64,000 nt of DNA from a virus, in the IMG/VR virus record IMGVR_UViG_3300027972_000007, positions 106,171-170,170 of that record. One strand, written 5' to 3'. The notes below the pieces were generated by a model, which ran no database searches, was not told the DNA's origin, and worked only from the letters and a program-made list of their open reading frames with translations. Positions 19,076 to 29,119 of this stretch are shown here, one piece after another. The translations under genes were made by a program, and so were the position numbers. Position 1 is the first letter of the stretch. Every line of letters starts with the position of its first letter.

Positions 19076-20301
19076 TAAAATTGTGCAAACTTATTTAAAT
19101 TAGTTGTTACTTCTTCTTTACTGTTATCTATTTCTGATATAACATCCCTGTTTCTTAAAATAAAATTTAATGGGTCCTTTTCTTCAAATGCTCTATCAAT
19201 TAAATTAAAAATTATAAAATCTTTTGAATTAAAAACTGATTCATAAAGTTCTTTTTCATCTACATTAATGGTATTTTCCATAATATTTTTATAATCTAAA
19301 AATTTATATAAATTATGCATAGCAACATAATTATAAAAATCTATATTTAATCCCGTTCCTCTCTTACCAACAAATCCTAATAAATCAGAGAATTTCATCG
19401 CCTTACAAACTGGACACTGACAAGGCAAATTAACATCTAAATTAATTTTTCTCTTTTCTCTATTTATTTTGTTAGAAATACACATATATTTTATTCCGTC
19501 TCTACTACACAATAGGCCATATCTCCCAAAACCGGCAGAAATTGTAAATATTGATGAATCAAAAGAAATATTAATATTCAAACCCAAATCATTTAATTTC
19601 TTTTGTAAATAAAATATATAAGGTAAAGAAAATAATTTACTATATCCTAAAATATGTATTAAACATTGTTTATTATTATTCTTTTCAATTTCGCCTTTTG
19701 AAAACAAAAAGAAAAAACTATATAATATATAAAATAAATTAACTGAACAGCCACCCAATGCCCAACCACCAGCAAAAGAAAAATCTTTAACTGAATCATA
19801 CCACAAACTAATTTTTTCTTTATCTCTTCCATGTAATACATTTAAATATTTAGTTTTGCCTGTTTGTTTATTCTGAAAGTACTCGAAATTTTTTACACTA
19901 ATTTTTATTTTTTCTTTAAAGTGTTCGCTAAAATTTTTTTTCGAGTTTTCATTTGAAACATATGGTGGGAAATCTAAATTTATTGCATAATTTGTATTAT
20001 TTTCTAACCAATTAAATATTTTTCCTACTATATCATTTTCATATTTTAAAACGCCGGTCGCTAATTGAAACCCACCGCTATCTCCCAAAACAATATTTCT
20101 ATTCAAATCATAATTTAAATCTTTTTTTGTTTCTTTTTTATAATTATGCCCGGCAGAAATCAACAAATAATTATAATTAAAAACACTATCTTTTTCATAA
20201 ATTTTAAAACTTTTATTTGTATATTTATGAAATAAATTATCTTTGAACATCTTTAATTGTGGCACAAAATAAGCGGGAAAATAAATAGTTTTATTCATCA
20301 A
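19075..20301 (-). CDS. dpdA: TGT-fold transglycosylase, DpdA-like (inserts 7-deazaguanine into DNA)
   Basis: GDSGGFQ, LDFPP, LNVLHG, HILG, SFDSS, CQCPVC...HN; clustered with folE, queD and queE. Confidence 0.75.
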   Translation of the reverse strand: MMNKTIYFPAYFVPQLKMFKDNLFHKYTNKSFKIYEKDSVFNYNYLLISAGHNYKKETKKDLNYDLNRNIVLGDSGGFQLATGVLKYENDIVGKIFNWLENNTNYAINLDFPPYVSNENSKKNFSEHFKEKIKISVKNFEYFQNKQTGKTKYLNVLHGRDKEKISLWYDSVKDFSFAGGWALGGCSVNLFYILYSFFFLFSKGEIEKNNNKQCLIHILGYSKLFSLPYIFYLQKKLNDLGLNINISFDSSIFTISAGFGRYGLLCSRDGIKYMCISNKINREKRKINLDVNLPCQCPVCKAMKFSDLLGFVGKRGTGLNIDFYNYVAMHNLYKFLDYKNIMENTINVDEKELYESVFNSKDFIIFNLIDRAFEEKDPLNFILRNRDVISEIDNSKEEVTTNLNKFAQF

Positions 20302-21322
20302 TTACCTCAGTATATATATTATCAATTAAACAGTATTTTTCTTTTATAATTTCTATATTAGAAATCATCTGCAATAAATTTTGATCATAATTTAAAAATA
20401 ATTTTTTTATAAAATCTAATAATTTTTTCTTATTTTTTAAATAACTTATAAAATCAGTAGTCCAATTACTTGGATATCTAAAAATTCTATAATACATTTC
20501 TTCATAACTTAATCTATTAGGTAAAATTGGCAAAACATTTAAATATAATCCCTCAAAAGTTCCTATTCCCCATGTTTCTTGTAAATTAGCAGAAAATAAT
20601 AATTTACTTTTAGCTAATTCTCTATAATATTCATCTTTTTTATAATTTTTTTCTTGACAAAAATTACATTTGATGCCTATTTCATTCAATTCTTTTTCTA
20701 AATCTTTTAAAATTTCTGGTTGTTTTTCTTTACTCATTCTATGTGGAAAAATTATAATATCTTCCTTTTTAATATTTTTATATTTATCTAAATCTTCAAA
20801 TTTAAATGGCAACCCAGTTATAATAACTTTTTTTTCGAACTCGTAATTAAATTCTTTTAAAACCATCTCTTTATGATATTCAGTTGCGACAAATGATTTT
20901 TTTAATATATTAAAAATACTTTTTTCAAAATAATTATAATTCTTATAAAATTTTCCTAATAAATCATTTCTATCATAACTTCCTGCATGCCAAATTCCAT
21001 AAATACTAACTGGTATATTATTTAAATCGCTCATATACTTAAGAGCTATAATTCCGTAATGCCACGCGTCGTAAAATAAAAATTTATCATTTTCTTGAAT
21101 TTTATTCAATCTAAATAAATTACTAATTTTTATAATTTGTTCACTCTTCCAAATATTAGTAACATTAGGATTTAAAAAATTTTTATTATTAGTTTCTTCA
21201 TAGGTTATTCCGTCAATTTCAATTATATCAGTTCTTTTTTCAATAAAATATTCAAACACCCATTTTTTCCATTGAGAAGTATATCTTTTTTCGGAGGGTT
21301 CTAAAGTAATTAAATAAATCAT
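20291..21322 (-). CDS. GT-B glycosyltransferase
   Basis: WHAGSYD, FPHRMSKEKQP, LQETWGI..EG. Confidence 0.75.
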   Translation of the reverse strand: MIYLITLEPSEKRYTSQWKKWVFEYFIEKRTDIIEIDGITYEETNNKNFLNPNVTNIWKSEQIIKISNLFRLNKIQENDKFLFYDAWHYGIIALKYMSDLNNIPVSIYGIWHAGSYDRNDLLGKFYKNYNYFEKSIFNILKKSFVATEYHKEMVLKEFNYEFEKKVIITGLPFKFEDLDKYKNIKKEDIIIFPHRMSKEKQPEILKDLEKELNEIGIKCNFCQEKNYKKDEYYRELAKSKLLFSANLQETWGIGTFEGLYLNVLPILPNRLSYEEMYYRIFRYPSNWTTDFISYLKNKKKLLDFIKKLFLNYDQNLLQMISNIEIIKEKYCLIDNIYTEVIDE

Positions 21323-22221
21323 ATATAAAAATAACCTCTAATATAATTAAAATCTCTATTTAACCCAGCTTCAAATCCTTCTTTATATTCACTAAACATT
21401 TTAAATCCTTTAGACCAAAGTTCTTCAGTATTTAAAATATTATTTTTTATTAACTCCACCGACAATTCCATACTTTTAATAAAATCTGAATTTCTTGGAC
21501 TCGGCATTAAAATTGTGTGACATTTCCAACAATTTTCGAAAAAATTAGTTACAATATTTTCCTTAGGTGTACTTGCATAATTAATAATACCTTCATTTTT
21601 ACAAATGTTTGTTATTTTTTTAAAATTTTCCGCTTTAGAAGACAAATCTATAACATAATCATAACTATTTTCTTCAATATCTTCTATATTATTTAATTTT
21701 AAATTTAATTTACCCCAATTTTTTTTGTTGCTGCTCCCACAAATATCAATTTTTATTTTGAGAATTTTAGTGCAGTATTCCGCAATAATTAAAGACATAA
21801 ATCCAGAACCCACCAATAAAATATCTTTATTATTCTTATTATAATTTAAAGTTTTTTGCAATATATTTAATGCACATGCTACGGGCTGTATAATATATTT
21901 TTGATTTAATTCTGGGACTTTAACGAACTCGTTTTCTTTTGCAAAATAAAATTCAGAATAAGCTGGGTCAGAAATAGTTGAAACAAAATCTCCTTCTTTT
22001 ACATTTTTTATTTCTTTTCCCACACTAACTACTACACCCAACCCCTCATGCCCGAATTTACCTAAAAACATTGGTGTTTCAAAACCACCATATACTGCAA
22101 TATCTGAATTACAAATACCACAATATTTGGTTTGAATTTTTATTTCATTAGAATAGGCATTTCTTTCTTCATAATACCAACTATCTATATTTTTTTTACC
22201 AAAACTATGCAATATTTTCAT
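21319..22221 (-). CDS. Zn-dependent (MDR) alcohol/sugar dehydrogenase
   Basis: CGICNSD, GHEGLGVV, VGSGFM. Confidence 0.85.
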   Translation of the reverse strand: MKILHSFGKKNIDSWYYEERNAYSNEIKIQTKYCGICNSDIAVYGGFETPMFLGKFGHEGLGVVVSVGKEIKNVKEGDFVSTISDPAYSEFYFAKENEFVKVPELNQKYIIQPVACALNILQKTLNYNKNNKDILLVGSGFMSLIIAEYCTKILKIKIDICGSSNKKNWGKLNLKLNNIEDIEENSYDYVIDLSSKAENFKKITNICKNEGIINYASTPKENIVTNFFENCWKCHTILMPSPRNSDFIKSMELSVELIKNNILNTEELWSKGFKMFSEYKEGFEAGLNRDFNYIRGYFYI

Positions 22222-23551
22222 CTTTAATTCCTATAAATATTTCTTTTTTATTTTCTTTTATAAAATTAAATGTAATATTCTCTTTAATATAAAATCTATT
22301 TTTCAATTTATATATTTGCAAGAAATCACTTAAATAAGGTTCTCTATTTAATCGAGTAAAGAAATCTTTTAACTTCGTCCCACCATTTAATAAATATTTA
22401 TAAAACGCAGATTTATTATTTATTTCAATATTTTCTATATTTTTATTTCTTAAATTTAATAGATATTCCCCCCAATAATTTTTATCAATATTATTCAACT
22501 TAATTGAATTATTTAACAATGTATTTCTATCTATTGGCTCATTATAAAGATTAAATAAATCATCTACTACTTCTTCTCTATCTGTAACATTTACGAAACC
22601 ATCCCACATTTTCCACCAACCATATTCTTTCATTAATAAACAATGAATATATGGCATGCATTCTTTTATAACAATGCAATAAGCTTCTAATTTTGAAGGA
22701 TAAAATAAAACCTTACTATTAGATATAATATTAATTTTTTCTTGTTCATTTAAATTAGCATAAATTTCAAAATTATTATAATTTATTTCTTTAAATTTAT
22801 TTTTAAATTTAATCTTATTATTTTCTTTAGTAATAATTTTTATTTTATATTCACAATTATATTTTTTCTTTAATTTATTTATAACATCGAAAAAGAATAA
22901 AATATTTTTTCTATCGTCCCACCTTCCTATAAATAAAATTCCTTCATTTTCTGAAATATTTGGGTTATATTTTTCTTCATAAAGGATCGGAAGTACGATA
23001 CAATTTCCGTCTAATAATTTATTATTCAATTCACTTTGAGTAGCAAAATTTATACCAGGTAATAATTTCACATTTTTTAAAAAATCTATATATTGTTTAG
23101 AAAAAACATCTGTATTAGAATTATGTATTTCAGAATATTGAATAATTGAATGACAATGAGTATAATATAATACATGAATATATTTTTGCAAACCAAAATT
23201 TTGCACGCATAGAACAGATTCTACATCATTACAAATCAATAAATCAAAAATATTTTCCTTTAAAGATTCTGTAAAACTTTTTCTATAATTAATTACATTT
23301 TCGTATTGAATTCCTTCTTCAAATTGAAAAATTTGTCTATGTTCTGTTATTTTAATTGGATTTTCATTAAAATAGATATTTAAATCTTCTAAATTTAAAT
23401 CTTTTATTGAATTTTTAAAGGGCGAATTTACTATTAAACATATTCGCCAATTATATTCTTTAAAAATTTTTACACATGATAATAAAAATACTCCTATACC
23501 ACAAGGATAGAAAAATTTACTATCAAAAAATATTCCTACAGTCTTAACCAC
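22205..23551 (-). CDS. GT-B (GT4-like) glycosyltransferase
   Basis: LFIGRWDDRKN, YPSKLEAYCIVIKE. Confidence 0.75.
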   Translation of the reverse strand: MVKTVGIFFDSKFFYPCGIGVFLLSCVKIFKEYNWRICLIVNSPFKNSIKDLNLEDLNIYFNENPIKITEHRQIFQFEEGIQYENVINYRKSFTESLKENIFDLLICNDVESVLCVQNFGLQKYIHVLYYTHCHSIIQYSEIHNSNTDVFSKQYIDFLKNVKLLPGINFATQSELNNKLLDGNCIVLPILYEEKYNPNISENEGILFIGRWDDRKNILFFFDVINKLKKKYNCEYKIKIITKENNKIKFKNKFKEINYNNFEIYANLNEQEKINIISNSKVLFYPSKLEAYCIVIKECMPYIHCLLMKEYGWWKMWDGFVNVTDREEVVDDLFNLYNEPIDRNTLLNNSIKLNNIDKNYWGEYLLNLRNKNIENIEINNKSAFYKYLLNGGTKLKDFFTRLNREPYLSDFLQIYKLKNRFYIKENITFNFIKENKKEIFIGIKDENIA

Positions 23552-24446
23552 CTATTATCTCCAATATTTTTTTATCAATTTTTTGGTGATCGATATATTT
23601 TAATTTTGAAGGATAGATAATATCATCTATCATAATTTTATATACATAATCGGGGCACAAATCAAAAATATATTTAAATTTTGAATTGTCAGTAAATCCA
23701 ATATCAATTTCTCTTTTATCTTCTATATTATTTTGCCAGCAACTAATTAATGATATATTTATATTAAGATATTTCATTAAAATTATATTATAATCGTCTA
23801 CATCATATACACCATCTTTATTAATATTTCCATAATCGGTGTGTATAATTTCTTCTAATGAAAAATTATGACATTTATGATTTTTAATGATTTTTAATTT
23901 ATTTATATTATTTATTCCAATAATACCAAATAAAAAATGCAATAAATGAGGCATTAAATCATAAGAGACGCCGCCAAAAGCTAATTCTTTATTGGTAAAC
24001 CAACTGCCCGGGTATGGAATTCTATTTTTATTTAACCAATATAAATGTATATATTTTATACTATCTATTTTTTCAAAAATTATTTTATAAATATATTGTA
24101 ATTGATCCCTATACAAATTATTTTTAACCATTATCAATTTTTTACATTTTTTTGAGGCTTCATTCCAATCTTCTATATTTTTCAATCCCGGTTTTTCAAC
24201 TAAAATCACATTAGATATTTTACTCAATTTATAAATATACTCTTCATGCAAAAAATTAGGTAAAGATATTATACTTAAATCAATTTTATAATTTTCTTTT
24301 AAAAAATCTTCTATATTCAAAAAATCTGCGTTTTTATTTTTATCACTATCTATTGTAATAATATTATAATCTTTTTTTAGTAAAGAATAATATAATTTTC
24401 CAATTCCCAATCCGCAAATTAATATTTTTTTCTTACAAATATTCAT
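23544..24446 (-). CDS. Gfo/Idh/MocA-family oxidoreductase
   Basis: ICGLGIG, PNFLH, VEKPG, GGVSYDLMPH. Confidence 0.85.
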   Translation of the reverse strand: MNICKKKILICGLGIGKLYYSLLKKDYNIITIDSDKNKNADFLNIEDFLKENYKIDLSIISLPNFLHEEYIYKLSKISNVILVEKPGLKNIEDWNEASKKCKKLIMVKNNLYRDQLQYIYKIIFEKIDSIKYIHLYWLNKNRIPYPGSWFTNKELAFGGVSYDLMPHLLHFLFGIIGINNINKLKIIKNHKCHNFSLEEIIHTDYGNINKDGVYDVDDYNIILMKYLNINISLISCWQNNIEDKREIDIGFTDNSKFKYIFDLCPDYVYKIMIDDIIYPSKLKYIDHQKIDKKILEIIGG

Positions 24447-24768
24447 TCCTGCATCCATTTTCATTATCTTCACTAACTTCTATTATAATTGTTCTATCTG
24501 TGAACTTTTTTCTTATAATATTATATAGCCAATCAGCAATCATCTCACAAGATTTATTTTCCCACAATTTTTTTGGTTCTAATTTATGCTCAATAAAATT
24601 TTTGAATTGAAAAAATTCTATTTCCCTATCATCATGAAATACTTCTATATATACTTTAAAATAAAATATATGACGATGTTTATATTTTAAAAATTCAACA
24701 TCATTTTTTGCGTCTTTCCAAGAATGAAAGTTACTTTGTTGAGTGGTTACCCAAATATATGATTTCAT
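24433..24768 (-). CDS. T-fold QueD-like protein (DpdL-like candidate)
   Basis: LxxxHRHxF motif (FLKYKHRHIF), SCEMIA, VSEDNENG; directly after folE. Confidence 0.6.
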   Translation of the reverse strand: MKSYIWVTTQQSNFHSWKDAKNDVEFLKYKHRHIFYFKVYIEVFHDDREIEFFQFKNFIEHKLEPKKLWENKSCEMIADWLYNIIRKKFTDRTIIIEVSEDNENGCRNEYL

Positions 24769-24770
24769 AA

Positions 24771-25319
24771 TTATTCTTTTATTAAACTAAAAAACTCTGC
24801 TCTTGTATTATTATTAGTTTGAAAATTTCCCAATAATTTACTTGTTTTCATATACGAATTATGATTTCTAACTCCGCGCATTTTCATACATAAATGTTGT
24901 GCTTCAACTACTACTCCAACGCCTAATGGTTTTAATTCATCCATTATAGCTTCTGCTATTTGTGTAGTCATATTTTCTTGTATCTGTAATCTTCTTGCAA
25001 AAATTTCAACTAATCGTGCTAATTTTGACAATCCAACAACTTTTCCTTGTGGTAAATAACCAATATGACATTTTCCAAAAAAAGGTAACATGTGATGTTC
25101 ACACATTGAATAAAAATCAATATTATTACAAAATACCATTTCATCATTAGATGAATTAAATCTCGTACTTAAAATATCTTTTGGGTTCTGTTTATATCCC
25201 GAGAATAATTCGCTATATGATTTAATTACTCTATATGGCGTTTTAACTAAACCTTCTCTATTAGGGTCTTCGCCAATATATTCTAATAATTTTATAATAT
25301 GTTCTTCTGCGTTATTCAT
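24771..25319 (-). CDS. folE: GTP cyclohydrolase I
   Basis: [42 protein letters not shown]. Confidence 0.97.
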   Translation of the reverse strand: MNNAEEHIIKLLEYIGEDPNREGLVKTPYRVIKSYSELFSGYKQNPKDILSTRFNSSNDEMVFCNNIDFYSMCEHHMLPFFGKCHIGYLPQGKVVGLSKLARLVEIFARRLQIQENMTTQIAEAIMDELKPLGVGVVVEAQHLCMKMRGVRNHNSYMKTSKLLGNFQTNNNTRAEFFSLIKE

Positions 25320-25331
25320 AATTATTCACCT

Positions 25332-25793
25332 TTAAATCATAAAATCTTCAAAATATTTTGTAATATATTTTTTAAAATCTTTTTTATTTACGCTATTCCA
25401 TTTGTCATAATATTGAACGATTCTATCAATATTTTCATCTATATCAATATTTTCATTTTCCCACGGAAACACCACCCAACCATATTTTTTGTGATCTTCA
25501 TTATTTTGTTTATCTATTAAAGCTTCAAATTTTGCATTAGGATATTTTTCTACCCATTTTTTCTTTGTATTGCCGCTGTCAACAATATCGTCGACGATCA
25601 AAATCTTATCGATTTCGTCGTGATTATAATATAAATCTAAATCATGGGAAATAGTTGGAAGATTTTTAAAACAACTGGCAAGAATCATTCCGCCTTTTGG
25701 AATACCAAAAACTAAATAGTCTCGGTATTCAATTTCTATTTTATAAACCCAATCAATTACTTCATCCCAAGTAACACAATATCTATTCTTCAA
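25332..25793 (-). CDS. type I phosphoribosyltransferase
   Basis: GIPKGG, LIVDDIVDSGNT, WVVFPWE; likely TTG start at 25793 after GAGGAG. Confidence 0.8.
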   Translation of the reverse strand: MKNRYCVTWDEVIDWVYKIEIEYRDYLVFGIPKGGMILASCFKNLPTISHDLDLYYNHDEIDKILIVDDIVDSGNTKKKWVEKYPNAKFEALIDKQNNEDHKKYGWVVFPWENENIDIDENIDRIVQYYDKWNSVNKKDFKKYITKYFEDFMI

Positions 25794-26271
25794 TTTTACT
25801 CTCCTCAAATGAAATAACATCAAATGCGTCTGCTTCACTTGTTCTCGCTGAAGAATTTTCAGTTTCCCATACTTCAGCATATGAAACAAATATCGTTCTT
25901 TTAGATTTATCATATTTAAAATCTGTTTTTAGCCAATCATCTGCTTTTTTAAATAATGCTCGGGCCATATTCTCTGCAGTTGGATTTCTTACCATTATAA
26001 TAACACGTTTAAAATTATTTTTAAAGAATTCTTTAACTGAATTTTCTTCTTTACTCCATAAAACAGTAGAATGATCGAATTTATCAACAAAATCTTTGAT
26101 GGGTTTTAATAATTTAAAATCAATTAACATGCCGTTTGATTGGTCGACATCACCATCTAAACCAATAACCCACTTATATGAATGACCGTGAATATTGAAT
26201 TTACATCTAGTAGAAAATGAATTTCTTACTATGTGAGCAGTTTCTGATTTGAAAATCTTTTGAATAGACAA
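25783..26271 (-). CDS. queD: 6-carboxytetrahydropterin synthase
   Basis: AH...C.FNIHGHSY, DF, FDH, NPTAENMA, VWET. Confidence 0.9.
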   Translation of the reverse strand: MSIQKIFKSETAHIVRNSFSTRCKFNIHGHSYKWVIGLDGDVDQSNGMLIDFKLLKPIKDFVDKFDHSTVLWSKEENSVKEFFKNNFKRVIIMVRNPTAENMARALFKKADDWLKTDFKYDKSKRTIFVSYAEVWETENSSARTSEADAFDVISFEESKIEE

Positions 26272-26300
26272 ACTAAAATCCTTTCACTTGTTCAATTATA

Positions 26301-26329
26301 AAAATAATAGATTTAAAAATAAAAACAAG
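26301..26329 (-). promoter_or_regulatory. conserved phage promoter-like motif
   Basis: CTTGTTTTTA...TAAATCWATTATTTT, one of six copies. Confidence 0.65.
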
Positions 26330-26353
26330 AGTTATTTTTTAATTATTTATAAT

Positions 26354-28483
26354 CTAAAGGTATTCTGCCATAATTTTATCTATATCAAAAGGCGTTATTC
26401 CTTTATCTACAGAAAAAATAATATCTGCTTTTTCCTTATCATTAACTATTTTTCCTCTACCTTTTGCATGCATATTAAATAAATCATACAAATTAGGTTT
26501 AACTAAATTAACCATTGCTTTACCCATTAATGCGGCACCTTTTGTATTCGTTTCATAACAATTAAAATTCGGACTCTTTTTTAATGCTAAATCTGTCCAT
26601 ATCATTTTTCTTTCAACTAAATCAAATATAAATGGTATGCAAATAGTAGTATCTGCAGATATATCAATTTTATCTTGTACGGTTTTTGGTTCAAATATTT
26701 CGCCTGAATTTGGCTTCTGTCTTATCATCCAACCCATAAAACATTCAGGTATAGTATTATACGGTTGATTTGTATAACAATATAAATTTGCCATTACATA
26801 ACGTATATCAGAATCAATAGCAGAAACTATATCAATATCAATAAATTCACAAGCCCCATTTGGAGCATTAGTTATATCGCCACTATGATATCCTCTAAAT
26901 GATGCACTTTTCAAATTCGTCCAACTAATAAATTCTTTGCTTTTCCAATTCTCATTAAATGTTGCTGCAGTTAAATCAATATCTACCCTATCAAACCCGC
27001 GCCAAATATAACCATTTTTGCTAATATTCTTCCACCAAAGAAAAAATCTTAACGTATTCCCTTCTGGAATATTTATTTTACTACCTCTCACAATAGTTCT
27101 TAATGCTTTGCTTGCAGATCTTTGTGAAAATGGCACTAAAAATTCTTTCAATTTTTCATCAATATATACATTTCCTAATTCAGATAAATTACTAAATTTT
27201 TTAATTAATGTTTTTTCACAAATAGAAACAACATCTTTGCATGTTTCTTCGTTTATTTTCTTTAAATTATTTTCTTCTAAATGACCTTTTGCAACATTCC
27301 CTTTAGGGAAGAATATTCTTTGTTCTGTATTTTTATTTCTATTTTTAAAATGCGAATGAACTTGAAGCAAAACTGGCGTTGAAATTTTGTTCGCAATATC
27401 TTCAAAATTTTCGAGAACTGAACTTCTATTACTGGTTAAACGCAATAAATGATCTAATTTACGAGCAAAATCGCCGGGTCTATTTTTCAAAATATTACTG
27501 GCTTCTTTAACATTATGATCTTTTAGTAATTTTTCAACTTTTGAATTAAATGTTTCAAATGGCTTATTATTTCTCAAAATATCAAAAGATTCATATACAT
27601 CTAAAAATTTGTTCTTATAATCACCAGGATGCAAATATTCTCCTAATTTAATCCATTGTGTTTTAAATCGTAGCATATCTTCAGTAATATTTCTGCATCC
27701 TTCTAATAGTGTTAATAATAATCTTCTTTCTTTTCTGCTAAATTTCTTAAATTTAGTATTTTTAGCTAAACTAATATCACCGTCAGACAATGAAACTGCA
27801 AATCTTAATACGTCAGTTGCTGTTTTAAAATATTTACATAAATATAATTCTCCGTGTTGCACATATTTAAGTAATAAATTGGCTAACAGAGCAACATTTT
27901 CTTTTAATGGTATACTTTCTGGCAAAAAATCTTTAATGTTTTTGCTATTTTCTTTTATAAACCATTCAACATCATTTTTATCGGTTTCAGACAGTGATGT
28001 TTTTGACGATAACAAATTAATACAAATTTGAAAAAATTCTTGTTCTGTTCCTAAATCAATAACTTTCAATTCTATATCATCCCGCAATCCTTCTCTTTTT
28101 TCCTTCTTATATTTTGGAAGAACTGATTGAATTTTTCCATCAGTAATATCAGAACACCATGTTGTTATATAATGGATATATGCATTTAAATATAATTCTA
28201 TTTCGCTCATTTCCATTACTTGTGTTGGGAAATTAGAATACATTGGATTGAATTTTTTATTTGCGCCAATATTTTTTCTTAAATTAGCAATTAAATTATT
28301 ATAGAAATTTGTTGCTTCAGAAGTTGAAAGTGTTCTTACTCTATTTAATAATTTTCTGGAAAAAACATAACCGAGTGATTCGATATTTTTCAATATAGTT
28401 GCTAAATATTGATTTGTTAATTTGAAATTACCTTTTTCAACAATAACTTTATTCTTTCTTCTCAACAAAATTAAATCATTCAT
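26354..28483 (-). CDS. 709-aa protein with a helical N-terminal region and a C-terminal TerD-like domain
   Basis: DIDLTA, HSGDITNAPNGACEFIDID TerD-like motifs; TATDVLR and RPGDFARKLDHLLR. Confidence 0.65.
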   Translation of the reverse strand: MNDLILLRRKNKVIVEKGNFKLTNQYLATILKNIESLGYVFSRKLLNRVRTLSTSEATNFYNNLIANLRKNIGANKKFNPMYSNFPTQVMEMSEIELYLNAYIHYITTWCSDITDGKIQSVLPKYKKEKREGLRDDIELKVIDLGTEQEFFQICINLLSSKTSLSETDKNDVEWFIKENSKNIKDFLPESIPLKENVALLANLLLKYVQHGELYLCKYFKTATDVLRFAVSLSDGDISLAKNTKFKKFSRKERRLLLTLLEGCRNITEDMLRFKTQWIKLGEYLHPGDYKNKFLDVYESFDILRNNKPFETFNSKVEKLLKDHNVKEASNILKNRPGDFARKLDHLLRLTSNRSSVLENFEDIANKISTPVLLQVHSHFKNRNKNTEQRIFFPKGNVAKGHLEENNLKKINEETCKDVVSICEKTLIKKFSNLSELGNVYIDEKLKEFLVPFSQRSASKALRTIVRGSKINIPEGNTLRFFLWWKNISKNGYIWRGFDRVDIDLTAATFNENWKSKEFISWTNLKSASFRGYHSGDITNAPNGACEFIDIDIVSAIDSDIRYVMANLYCYTNQPYNTIPECFMGWMIRQKPNSGEIFEPKTVQDKIDISADTTICIPFIFDLVERKMIWTDLALKKSPNFNCYETNTKGAALMGKAMVNLVKPNLYDLFNMHAKGRGKIVNDKEKADIIFSVDKGITPFDIDKIMAEYL

Positions 28484-28508
28484 ATCAAACTCCTCACAAA
28501 TAAAAAAT

Positions 28509-28735
28509 AAGGAAATTGGCAGTTCTAATTTCGTGGCAGCGCCGAAGCGCTTAAGATTTAGAAGGAAGAACCACCATAGCCTTTAAAGTTTATAAAAAAG
28601 AGGAAATTAACAAATCTAAGTTATAATAATAGTAGAGAAGGAAGATTTGTTATGGCCTCTATTATTTTCAGTAGGAAATAGATAAAACTATTAATACCAA
28701 ATTATTTATAGAAGGAAGTTTCATCATGGCCTACT
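28509..28735 (-). ncRNA. three tandem structured RNA-like units (28509-28583, 28599-28660, 28670-28735)
   Basis: Each unit reads GG-CYAT-[stem]-CTTCCTTCT-[variable loop]-AG-[stem']-ATTT-CC, with different but complementary stems. Confidence 0.65.
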
Positions 28736-28774
28736 TTATCTAACAAAAAGGAGAAAACAAATAACACCACATAT

Positions 28775-28804
28775 AAAATAATTGATTTATTTTTAAAAAA
28801 CAAG
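28775..28804 (-). promoter_or_regulatory. conserved phage promoter-like motif upstream of the RNA array and TerD-like gene
   Basis: CTTGTTTTTTAAAAATAAATCAATTATTTT. Confidence 0.65.
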
Positions 28805-29119
28805 TTATTTTTCAATTCTTTTTAATAATTCTTCTTTTCCCATAATGCCCATTTTTTCAATTAACTTATTAATATCAAATTTTCCATTCCAAAAAGATTC
28901 TACAAGAAAATCATAATCAACTTCTTCTTTTTCGTTGCTAAATAAATCTATTTCGTCTAATGCTAATTTTAAATCATCTTCATCAAAAAGAGATAAAATT
29001 TCACCAATTTCCATTTTACCTTCAAGATATTTAAAAATCTCTTCATTATCAATTTGTTCTAAAACTTCAATTGGATCTATATCTACTGTCGTGGAAATAT
29101 CTACATCGACGTTTCTCAT
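28805..29119 (-). CDS. acidic hypothetical protein
   Basis: TAATG overlap with queE. Confidence 0.5.
   Translation of the reverse strand: MRNVDVDISTTVDIDPIEVLEQIDNEEIFKYLEGKMEIGEILSLFDEDDLKLALDEIDLFSNEKEEVDYDFLVESFWNGKFDINKLIEKMGIMGKEELLKRIEK

Noticed and set aside
25794-25913. Long overlap or frameshift fusion of queD and the PRTase
   Set aside because: A TTG at 25793 with GAGGAG upstream explains an independent start
28509-28735. CRISPR mini-array
   Set aside because: Units are not identical repeats with spacers; conservation is structural, and no cas genes are present
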